Origin: the human T2T-CHM13v2.0 reference genome, Homo sapiens
Strand: one strand, 5' to 3'
Length of the DNA stretch: 64,000 bases
Assembly: GCF_009914755.1 (NCBI RefSeq)
Contig: NC_060926.1
Shown here: positions 1 to 13,100 of the stretch, piece by piece
Layout: every line of letters begins with the position of its first letter
Numbering within the stretch: the stretch's first letter is position 1
Notes under the pieces: generated by a model
Databases searched by the model: none
What the model saw: only the letters and a program-made list of their open reading frames with translations
What the model was told of the DNA's origin: nothing
Position numbers and translations under genes: made by a program

Positions 1-3000
1 GAGAATGTATGCAGGTATGTGTGTATGAAATGAGGGAAAGAGAACTTTTAACAAGAAGTTCTAGGCTACAGAAAAAAAAAAAAAGCGATTCTATGCTAGT
101 TTCCTTCATTCCCCCACAGGGGTGTCCAAACAAAGAAAGCTTGTTCAACAAGTCCAGAAACTTAGAGAAAAAAGTCCACTAGCATTTATACTTCAGCGTA
201 GATCGTATGTATGTGCACACAAACAAATTTCGTTCCAAGTATGCAGCCACCTCCAGTTGCCAGTCTTTCAAAATGATAAAAACTTGCTACGGTAGAATTC
301 CTTCATGATGAGCATTTCTTTTAAGTTATTGAAAAGTTATTTTAAGTAAATGAAGTCGGTATTTGCCCTCTTTATTCGAGCACGAGAGCAGAGAGAGAGC
401 TGCTGCTCTCTGGGGAACGCTCTCAGAATCCCGTTCTAACCCCGGGAAAACTCAGCAGACAGAAATCGCCCGCCCCAAGCAGCCTGGGGCCTGGGCGGCC
501 AACAGCACCCACCCAGTTTACGCTTGATTCGAGGAACCTTCACTCCCGAGGGGCCTCGCCGAAAAGCAGCTCCTTCGCTCCCGAAGCCGCTCCCAATCGG
601 CCAACTGACAACCCTTCCCTCGCCCCAGATTTGCTAGGATGGTCTGGGACCGCCGGGCGGCCCCTCTACCTGCCCCTTCAGCTTTAGTCCCGAGCCTCTC
701 GGGGTTTCAATTTGGGCTGCTCGGTGGCGCCCGAACGCCCCTCAGCGGCGGTGGAGCGTGGACTCCGGCGCCTGGCGGGGTAAGGCCCGCGGCAAGGGCG
801 CTGCATCCGGACATCGCTGCGTGGTGCCCAGACGCTGGCTCCCGAGAACGGGCACGAGCCCAGCACGCCGGAGGACCCGGAACTCGAAAGCCCGCGCTGC
901 GGGAAAAGAGACTATCGGTCCGAGGGTCGCAGAGGAGCAGGGGCGTTGGCAGCGGGCTTGCTTGGGCACAGTCTGCGGGCCGGAGCAGAACTTCCGCCCC
1001 TGGTCAGATCCCTCGGCCTCAGATCCAAAGCCCTCCCCTTGTCCCAAGTGTCCTCCAGAGCCTGGCCGGGCCTGGAGGTCACCTGGATGCTGGATCCTTG
1101 TCTCCACACCCAGCTCCCTCGCCCCTTCCCGGCTCGAGGGCCTTGAGCTGGACGGCTTCACCTCCTCCAGTGGTGTCCCCACTTCCCCTTCCCGCACCGC
1201 GGCCGATGCTGGAACGGTCATGGCTTCTGGCCCAGCATCTCCCACCTGGACATTTGCCTAGCGACGGCCGCCTCAATCCTCTGCGCTGCTTTCAAGAAAC
1301 TTTCATCCCAGTCTCTCTCCCTCTCCACTCTCCTCCCTCTCCCCCTCTCCTCTTTCTTTTCTTAATCCTGGGGTTTTATGGGCTGAGCGTTAAGAAAATT
1401 CGCCTGCAATTTGGGATTAGATAAATACTCTAATTAGGAAAAAAAAAATCCGTGCTACTTGATACCTCCCAACTTCCCCGAGAATGGTGGCAGCATCTGG
1501 AACCGAGAGCGCCGGCCTCCCGCGAGGCGTACCCCGGGGACCGCGCTGGCACATTCCAGAGCGCACTGCCGTCCCACCTCGCTGCGCCGGACCCAGGTCA
1601 GGTGCTGAGGCTGCAGGCGAAACAGGGCCTGGTGGAGGGAGGAATGAGTTAAGGTGGAGGAATGGGGCAAGGTCACGCGCCCCGGCACTGGAGGGCCAAC
1701 CCCGGCACACAGCGGACTGGCCGGGACTAGGGCAGCGCCGGGCTATGGACGCGGACGCCGGCGAAGCGCACCCCGGGACGTCCGCATATTCTTTCCCCCA
1801 AAACTAGTGCGCTCCAGCCGGCGCCTTTCCTCGGAACCTAAGGAAGGGGTATATTTCGTTGCTTTCTTTAAACCTCAGCACGATCACAGTGGCTCCGAGC
1901 CGCGGGCGGCTGACCGCGGGCCTCGCGGGCTACTCCTGGTAGGGGCCTGCGCGAGCCTAAGGTGTGTCCCCGCCTGGGTTAGCGCTGCGCTCTGCACTGT
2001 TTCTTTTCCTCTTAAAGCTTCTTTCTCACTCACTCTCTCCCTCCTTCTCTCTCTCATTTTTTCCCCATTTCTCTCGTTCTTTTATTCAGCTTTCTCTCTT
2101 TCTCTCCCTTTTGTGAATGGGCCGCGGTGTCTTTGTTCTGTAGAGAAGCGCCCGTGTCGCTGACTTTTGTGAACCAGAGAAGGATCTTGTAAAACCTCCT
2201 TTTCTCCTTCGTACGCCCCCACTCCCACCCCTCCTCCCCTGCCTCTTTGATTAGATGTTCCCTCATCGTCAAAAAAAAAATGTAATTTCGTTGGTCTGGC
2301 GGCCACTTTCTTTGAACATTAGCTCGCTTTCAGCTCCAACTTCAATTAGAAGGAGTTGATTTTGAGAGATCAACAAAAGAACCGACCAAAGCCTTATTAA
2401 AGGTCCTAAGAAGATCTCCCGGGTCCTTTGAGAAGCAGTTAAGGAAACAGTGTGCCCTCCATCATATTCTGTTACCGTATTTTATTCGGACTCCAAAGGA
2501 AAGTGTCGCTTGGGGGAGGGGGAAGCACTTTGATGAGCGGCGGCCGCGGCCCCTTTTCACTCAGCGGGCTCCCCCTTCGTTCTCCTCCTCCTCACCCAGC
2601 GCCCGGTCCGCTCTCGGCGCCCGACCCCGCAGCCCGGGCAGCGCGAGTGCTCCCCACTGCGATGCGCCTGGAGGCTCCTTGACTTGCCCTCACACTTAAT
2701 CCTGTGCAAACTTTTTACCCCGCCTGTCGGGGTGGGGGAGTGGGGGAGATTAGAAACAAGGGGTAGAAATTCCTCGAAAGGGAATAAAGTGCCTAATTTT
2801 CAGGAGGAGGTGCCATTTAAAAGATTCGCCTAGCTTAGAGTTGGAACGAAAACTCTTTTTTGCACTTTTAAAAGTCCACCCAGGTAGACGTGTTTGGGAA
2901 GTTTTTTCGGGTGGGAAATGGGCTTCGCCCGTACGAACAATCCGGGGAAATCGCCTCAAGGAGGATCCTTACGCAGCATGTGGAAAAAAGTTGAGGGCAG

Positions 3001-3129
3001 GGGTCTGTGGCCACATTTTCCATCAAAAAGTCCCTGTTAGAGGCAGTCTAAGAAAGAGAGAGAAAGAGCGAAAAAGAAACTTTCCTATCAAAATGTTTCA
3101 ATTAAGAAGTAGGGTGTACGTGTGAGGGG

Positions 3130-3229
3130 AAGAGGACGCTGGGCTCCAACGTTTCAGTAGAAGCGCTTAAGACTTGCAAACACCCTTGGTGGGGACCTGG
3201 AACCCCGGGAGATGCCGACGAGCAAGCAG
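3130..3229 (+). other. OTX1: OTX1 distal alternative non-coding first exon (start approximate)
   Basis: Perfect donor CAG/GTAAGT at 3229/3230 inside the CpG island; agrees with my recollection of an alternative OTX1 leader. The TSS cannot be read from sequence. Confidence 0.65.
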
Positions 3230-3709
3230 GTAAGTGGCGGCGCCCTCCCAGTGGGTGCTCTTCCCAGGCGCGAGAGTCCGGAGGGGCCGAGGAGAGATCT
3301 GCACGCCCGGAGCTGCTCCCGCGCTCTGCAAAGTAGCCTGCGCCGGCACGAGCAGCCCGCGGCGTCGGTCTCAGGTGGCGGCGCCGGGGAAGAAAACGCT
3401 GGGGCCCGCGGCGCCGGGAGAGGGGCCGAGGCCCGGGCTCCTCCAGCCCGCCGCCCCCGGGTCCTGGCGCCCACACCCGAGCGGCTGAGCCCTGTAGCGC
3501 GCGGGAGAGCGAAGGAACCGGTTCTCCAGCACCTCGCCTCCTCCCTGCCACTCCCTCCGGAGCGCCGAGAGCGCGAGAAGGGCGGGGGCGCCCAGGGCAG
3601 GCCTGGAGACCCACGGCCCCCTCCGCGGCCAGGACTCGGGCTCTCCGCTCGCCTTCCTCGCCTAGCTCTGCGCCGCTTTTGCCAGCCGAGTCCCGGAGTT
3701 AGCGCGCGA

Positions 3710-3850
3710 CCGGGGCGGGGCGGGAGGGCGGGGAGGGCGGGGTGTGGGGGGCGGGGGAGGGCGGGGGCGCGCGGAGGTAACCCCCGGCTCGCGCAGCCAT
3801 TGCCCGGCTCCCTGTCACTCAGCCCGCGCGGGGCCCCCGATTGGCGGCCT
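3710..3850 (+). promoter_or_regulatory. Proximal promoter: tandem GC boxes / G-quadruplex-prone tract plus inverted CCAAT
   Basis: Repeated GGGCGG and G3-G6 runs at 3712-3770; GATTGG at 3839-3844. Confidence 0.7.
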
Positions 3851-3859
3851 AGCCCCGTT

Positions 3860-3974
3860 ACGCACTCGCCTCGCGTTCACATACCCGGGGAGGGCAGTAG
3901 AAAGGTGATCAATCTTCATCAGGCTACATTTCCAATCACCTAAACAACCGAGCAAGACAAGCCACTCCGACAAG
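3860..3974 (+). other. OTX1: OTX1 proximal non-coding first exon (start approximate)
   Basis: Donor AAG/GTAAAT at 3974/3975, downstream of GC boxes and an inverted CCAAT box. Confidence 0.7.
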
Positions 3975-4325
3975 GTAAATCGCTTGATTTATTTAGTTTG
4001 CAAAGTGACTCTGCAGGACTTCCCAGTCCCCACTGCCTCCACGTTGCACCGGGAGTGCCGCGGCAACGCCGAGCCACCTCCCAACTCTGCCCCTCGAATT
4101 CCCCCCCTTGCGGCCCCTCGGCGCGATCCCAGGCGAGGCAATGTCCTGAGAACGTGTGGGGCTTAGCAAACAAAGTGTCTGTGCAATAAAGTGAAACCCA
4201 GAAGGACACGCACAAAGCCATTGAAAAAAAAGATAGAGGTGGGAAGAAGGAAGTTGGGAAAAGAAAGAAACCTGGGGGTCCTAGACCAGCCGCCAGGGTA
4301 ATTCCAGTGCTGCTCTGTTTTGCAG

Positions 4326-4394
4326 GTTGGCTGCCCGGCGGGTCTCTGTGAGAGATCCAGGTAGATGGTGAACGGCCCCGGCAGCTGAGGGCAG
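4326..4394 (+). other. OTX1: OTX1 non-coding exon 2 (69 nt)
   Basis: Strong acceptor CTCTGTTTTGCAG/G and strong donor CAG/GTAAGG. Confidence 0.8.
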
Positions 4395-5956
4395 GTAAGG
4401 AGAAAGCCGCGGGGCCACCCCGGACTCCGGGAGCGCGTTGGTTACCCTTATCTCCCCCTCCTCAAATGGATCCCGGCTTCCCCGGTCCCCAGCAGGTGGT
4501 CGGGGCTGTGGGAGCGGCCTGGCTCCCCTCTTGGTGAGCCGAGGACCCCGGGGCGCTGTCGCGGCCCGCAGCCCCCTCCCCCGCCTCCTCCGAAGTAACC
4601 AAGCTGAAGTGCTAAGTTTGGAGAAAGTCTTTGAAAACTCACGCTGCAGCTTCGCAAAGCCGTCGCAGCTTTGAGTCCCATTTTCCTTCGGCCCTAGAGC
4701 CCTGGCTGCTTCCCTTCCGGTCCCCTTCCTACAAGCTGGACTCCCTCAGCCCAGGTCTTGGGTCCCAGAAGACGGGGGCGGGAACGGGGCTGGGGGGAGC
4801 TTCTTTAGCTCTAACTTCTCTCCTTGAACGTCCTAGCCCGAGTCCCTGGCTTGCTTCACAGCGATCCCGCTAAGCGGGGTGTAGCGATGGCCCCCCAGGG
4901 CCCCAGGCCCAGTTTCCAGCGCCCCTCCCTGACCCCTGAGAGTGGCACCCCGGGTTCCCGGCAGCGGCGGGGGCGAGGCTTCGACCTCCCAGCTCGGGTC
5001 TGCGTGGGCTACGCCGCTGAGGCCTAGTTCTCTGTTCTCGACCGTGTCCTGGGGCCGCGGGTTCAGCTACAAGGATGGCAGCACGCGACTTGCTGCCCTC
5101 CGGCTTCACAAATCCCCGAGACCCTTTGAGGTGCTAGGCCAGTCACCCTTCACCCCCTGCTGGGACCCTGCGGTCCGCAGCCCAGACTGGGCAGAGAGAA
5201 GGCCGGGTGCGCGCTGGCAACGAAGGACGCTGGCCGCAGCTGAGGCGCTCCCGACCTCAGGCCGCATCTTGGGGTCGCCCCCCTCTACAGTGGCCCCTTC
5301 GGCGTCCTCTGGCCCTCTGCGAAGCCTGGGCCCGTTACTGCGGTTGAGGTGCGGTGGGATTTCGCGTCAGCGATCTTTCAGTGGCTGGGCACAGAGAGGT
5401 CAGCTGGAGTGGTGATTGCGGGATCTGGGGCAGGGGCGCAGCCCTGGAGACCTTTAAAGGAACCAAGTGTCTAAGTGGACAAGAAGTGCAATTAGCCCTC
5501 CACATTGGCCCTTTGTAGTCTCTACCTTTTCAAAAACACGTGAAACAAAATGAAACAACGCCTCATGCTCTGGGCGGCCTGCCGTCCGGGCACCAAGTGA
5601 ACCTTTGCTTGTGCAACATGAAGCTGGCTTCTGCCGGATTCAGAATTTTGCCTGGACTTGGGAGCTTGTACACTCCGCGGTTCTGGCTCTGACCTCCCCA
5701 GCCTGGCCCTGCTTTTAACTTCTCCTTACTCCTATGGACTCCCTACCAGTGTCTTTGGCTCATTCCAACCCTAGAGCCAGACGACCCAGAAAACTTTACT
5801 TTTCAAAGTAACTGTGGTTTCTGGGCTAAGGCCTTGTGGATCCCAGTTGACCACCCTGCGCAGTTCTGTAACCTGCCTTCCCTGTCTATCCCGGGGCAAG
5901 ACTTGGCAGCCAAGTGGCTCCGATTGACGGTTTCCGTGTGTCTCGTGTCTTCATAG

Positions 5957-6067
5957 GCCAGGCCCCCAGACGCATCAGACCCTGAAGGACTGCGTGGTGG
6001 GAGCCCTGCACCGCTCCTGGCCCCGGGCCCCCTGGATCCGTCGGGGCGCCTCCACCCAGCTGTTAGC
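5957..6067 (+). other. OTX1: OTX1 5' UTR part of the first coding exon
   Basis: Acceptor TCTCGTGTCTTCATAG/G at 5956/5957, contiguous with ATG 6068. Confidence 0.75.
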
Positions 6068-9393
<3,326 letters not shown>

Positions 9394-10915
9394 GCCCAGG
9401 AATGAAAGAGGAGAAGAAACGCAACTACCTGCGCCCTCCGTGGTCCCGATCCTGTTGCTGCTGCTGCACCGCCCGCCTTTGCCTCGTCTTCTCCAAAACT
9501 GAATTTTCACCCCCCAAAAAGATGTCCATTGCCTGCACTGCCGCCCCCATTTTTGTGCCACTTGCTTGGGGGGATGTGCAAACCCACCCTGCCCCTTGGA
9601 TGGGGGGACCGGTGCTTCGGCTTGGCCTACACATTCTATACAGGAGAGATGTATTATTTCCCCCCTTCAGCCCCTACTAAACTCTTAAGCCTCCCCTTCC
9701 AGTCTTTCTGGACAGCTATTAAGCACTTGCAGCCTTCGGAGGCTCTGCGCTCTGATCCGCTGTTTGAGCCCAACACTTTAATTTATTCTTTCTGGACACT
9801 GGAGTCACTAACTGGCGTGTTTCTGCCCATTGGAGCACCCGCACACTACTCCAAATCAAAACCACTAAGAGTTCCTCCCGCGCAGACTGCTGCCCCTTCA
9901 GCTGCCCTCGATTTTGCTCCACGCCTGCCGGCCAGAGCCTCCCGGCGTTTCTTCCGCCCCAGCGGAGTGCGCTGGGGCGCGCCAGGGCTAGGCCCGCCGG
10001 AGGAGCGCGTCCCCAGCCTTCCGCGCACAGAGCCGCATCCCGCCCCGCCCTGCGCTGGACTGGTTCAAGCTTCCGCCTCGGCGGGAACGCTGTACATAGT
10101 CAGGTCCGTTCCAGGGACCACTTAAACTTTTTAGTTGCTGTTGGTTGGTTGAACTGAACATATCTTGTCTTAGCACCCAGGAAACAGAACTTTAAGATAT
10201 ATACAGCACATATATATATATATACATATATATATACACATATATAAAAAACAAAAGCAAAAAATATTTTCCCTCTGTCCGTCCCCCTTCTGCTCTTCCT
10301 CAATCAATGGCGCTTTTTCTTTTTCAGTTGTTGCAAAGCTGCCCTGCCCTCTTCACATCTTCTCCCTCTGTGTATTTATTGAAGAGAACCGCTTGGTTTC
10401 AGGAAGCTGGGCGCGGGATATCCGAAGTGTGGAGGAAACAGACAAGTCAGGGTACAGAGGTGGGGGTTGGGCAGGGGCGCAGGGCTGACCCCCTCACCCG
10501 GTCTAAGCACAGGGTCGCAGTTCCAGTTTACAAACCTAAAACAAGAAAACCAAAACCAGGGAACAAAACAACAAAACAAAACAAAATCCGTAAAAGTACA
10601 GCATTAGGGAAAAACAAACAAACCCAGGCCCCAAACCCAGTTCCAACTCCTCTGTCGGCTTCTCTCTTTCAACACCCTTGTTTTGTCTAGTGAGTTTTTA
10701 GTGCACCTTCGTTCTCCGAAATCTGCGGAGAGCCCGCGCGCCTGTGTATCAATTTTGGCTTTGGCCGCTTCGTCCAGTAGGTGGGAAAGTAATTTGTAAA
10801 TTTGATTTGTCTGATGTGAAGATCACAAATTACTTGTTGAAATGTAAGGCAGTCCCCCTCCTCCTCTTTATCTACATTACTTCCCGAAAATAAATGCAAA
10901 TTAATGAACGGCTTG
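9394..10915 (+). other. OTX1: OTX1 3' UTR (end approximate)
   Basis: Runs from the stop codon to the AATAAA at 10889 and its presumed cleavage site. Confidence 0.7.
10197..10246. repeat. Imperfect (TA)n microsatellite in the 3' UTR
   Basis: TATATA/CATATA runs. Confidence 0.85.
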
Positions 10916-10935
10916 TCAGTGTTGCTCTTCTGATT
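10889..10935 (+). terminator. Polyadenylation signal with GU/U-rich downstream element
   Basis: AATAAA 10889-10894, upstream TGTA motifs, downstream CTTGTCAGTGTTGCTCTTCTG. Confidence 0.75.
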
Positions 10936-11879
10936 CCAGCCCGAGGTCCTGGTCTCGGGGGGCTAAAAGCGAGGGAAACTCCGTGTTAATAACCCGCGTG
11001 TTAATGACCTGCGTGAAGCTGGAGGCCAAAGGATGAGGCGGGAGGACTTGGCAAGAGAAGTCCCCAGAAACTTTCGCTTAGGGAGTGTCTCCCCCCACCC
11101 CCACCACGCCCCTCCGCGTCAGCCTGGCCTCTTCCCCCAGGCGTTTTGACCCCGCATCCCCCCTCGCCATCCAGGACAGAGACAGGTGTCAGGACTCAAT
11201 TCCCGAAGCAATTCCTTTCTCTTCAGAGGCAGGAGCCTGGCACTGATTTCTTCACCCTAATTGCCTGCACCAGAAAGAAGAGGGGGAGGGGAAGAGGGTC
11301 GGGAGGCGGGAAAGGATAGCTCTGTAATGCTCTCAGAGCTGAGCCAAAAAGGAAAAGAAAGCAAAACGACAAAAAACTGATCCGTGTCCTGCATGTTGGC
11401 AGCAGACAACCTTCCTTGCTGCTGAGCTGTCCCGGGTGGCTTCACCGCGGCTGGGGAATCCGAGCCATTCCTTCCACGTGCTAAGATGTCCCTCTAAGCC
11501 CTCAGCTCCTGCCAGAAGTAGCCAAATTACCTTTCTTCGTACTGTAAACTTCCTTTAAAACATACAAACTCATAACCTGGAAAAGTCGACAAGGACGCCT
11601 TTCACTTTGGCAGGGGAAGAAGACGACTGGCTTGCATCTGGGGGTCAGGAAGGACAGTTCCATCTCCCTCTGAGGGAAGACGGGGTTGAGGGGTAATCCT
11701 CCCCCAGAAAATGCAGAGCCTGGAACTGTCCAGACTCTGGCCTGAAACCTCCTGGGTGTAAGGCCATGAATCTGCTCGACTTGCTCACGGGCGGGAAGGA
11801 AACAAGGAAACAACGAAAAGTTTCCTGCGAAGTGACCAACATCCCCTATTTTTTAAAAATTCCGTGTGAGACCTGAGAA

Positions 11880-13100
11880 CACACTGTGAAGCGGGGTTCG
11901 GAGAACGACCCCTCCCGCGTTCCGCGCCCAGCGGGGTCGCAGGGCTGCGAGCCCGGCTGTAGCAAAGCTTTCTCGGCCGCGTCCTCCCTCCGGATTCGGT
12001 AGGCCAGGCTCGGGCGCGCCCTTCCCACACCAACAAACCATCTTTCCCGACTCAGCAGAGGCCCACAGGGGCGCAGCCGCTGTCCCTCCGCCCTTGGCCC
12101 AGCGGCGCCGCCCTGGTACGCCAGGCCTGAAGGCAGGGCCGGCCCGCGCCACGCAGGGTCTCCCTTAGGCGGCGCCTTAGGGTGAAATGCGGGGCCAAGC
12201 CTGACCTGCCGGGGTGCCCCGTGGCATCTCTGGTGCGGACCCCGCACGTGCCGGGGAGAACTGGCAGGCGGCCAGGGCGAGGAGGCTTCCAGCTTGCGCC
12301 GCACTGGCCTGGGCACCCGGGCTGCAGGGCCTTTTGGGCCCTCCCCTCAGTGACCCTGCCTGTAGCGGCCCCAGGGCCGCTTTGGCTCAGGCAGCAGCTG
12401 CCAATGCCGCTCGAGGCCCGCGGCTCCCTGAGGCGAGCTCTGCGGGGCCCAGCAGTCCTCTTGGCTGCTAAATGGAACGAAACCAGGAGACCCGGCTTTG
12501 CACTCGTTTGGACAACTGTGTGGCCTCCGGAGCAAGGTACCCAAACCCTTGGGCCTCAGTTTCGTCGCAGTTGTTATTTGAACCCACTCGGCCTGGGACG
12601 TGCCAGAGCTTCACACTTTAGGTCGCGGCTGCGGGCGGGAGGGGCAGATGCGACCCCTGGGCCGGCCCCTCGGGGGCGTCTAGAAGCTTCGGCACCTGCA
12701 TACTAAGGCCGGAGGGGGCTGGCAGCCAGGCACACCGAGGCCCGGCCGGAGTTCCCGCCCGGGGAACGAGGCTTCGAAAAGAGGCACGTGCTTCTCCCAG
12801 GGCCTCCCGCCAGGTGCTGAAACCCCACGGCACTGAGTGGAAACCGGAAGAGGGAAGGCGCCCAGGGCCTGCCGGGCCGCGGCGCCACCTGAGGCTGCCG
12901 GGACGCTGGAGCGTGGGGGAGTGGGGTGAGTGCGCTGCCGGGCCGGGGGCGGCGGGGGACGGCGGGAGGTGGCCAGGCCCGGCAGGGTGAGGGCGCTGGC
13001 GTTGGCCGAGAGTCCCTGGGCAGCGGCGGCGGGAACGCGGAAGGTTCCCTCCACCCCCACCCCAACCCCCACCCCCACCCCCGGGCCGGCCACCTGTTGA
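11880..13100. promoter_or_regulatory. CpG island downstream of OTX1
   Basis: Dense CpG, high GC, ends abruptly before the AT-rich region at ~13.2 kb. Confidence 0.85.

Larger units (their letters stand above)
540..5450. promoter_or_regulatory. CpG-island block covering the OTX1 upstream region and promoters
   Basis: Very high GC with abundant CpG, interrupted by short AT-rich and polypyrimidine patches. Confidence 0.9.

Noticed and set aside
1-540. Possible 3' end of the neighbouring upstream gene
   Set aside because: No exon or clear poly(A) signal identifiable within the window.
639-5415. Many long ORFs on both strands (e.g. 639..1424, 3212..3943, 4942..5415)
   Set aside because: Pro/Gly/Arg/Ala-rich, mutually overlapping, no recognisable domains; expected from stop-codon scarcity in CpG islands.
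10307-10690. 127-aa ORF in the OTX1 3' UTR
   Set aside because: Runs through AAAAC low-complexity sequence; no domain similarity recognised.
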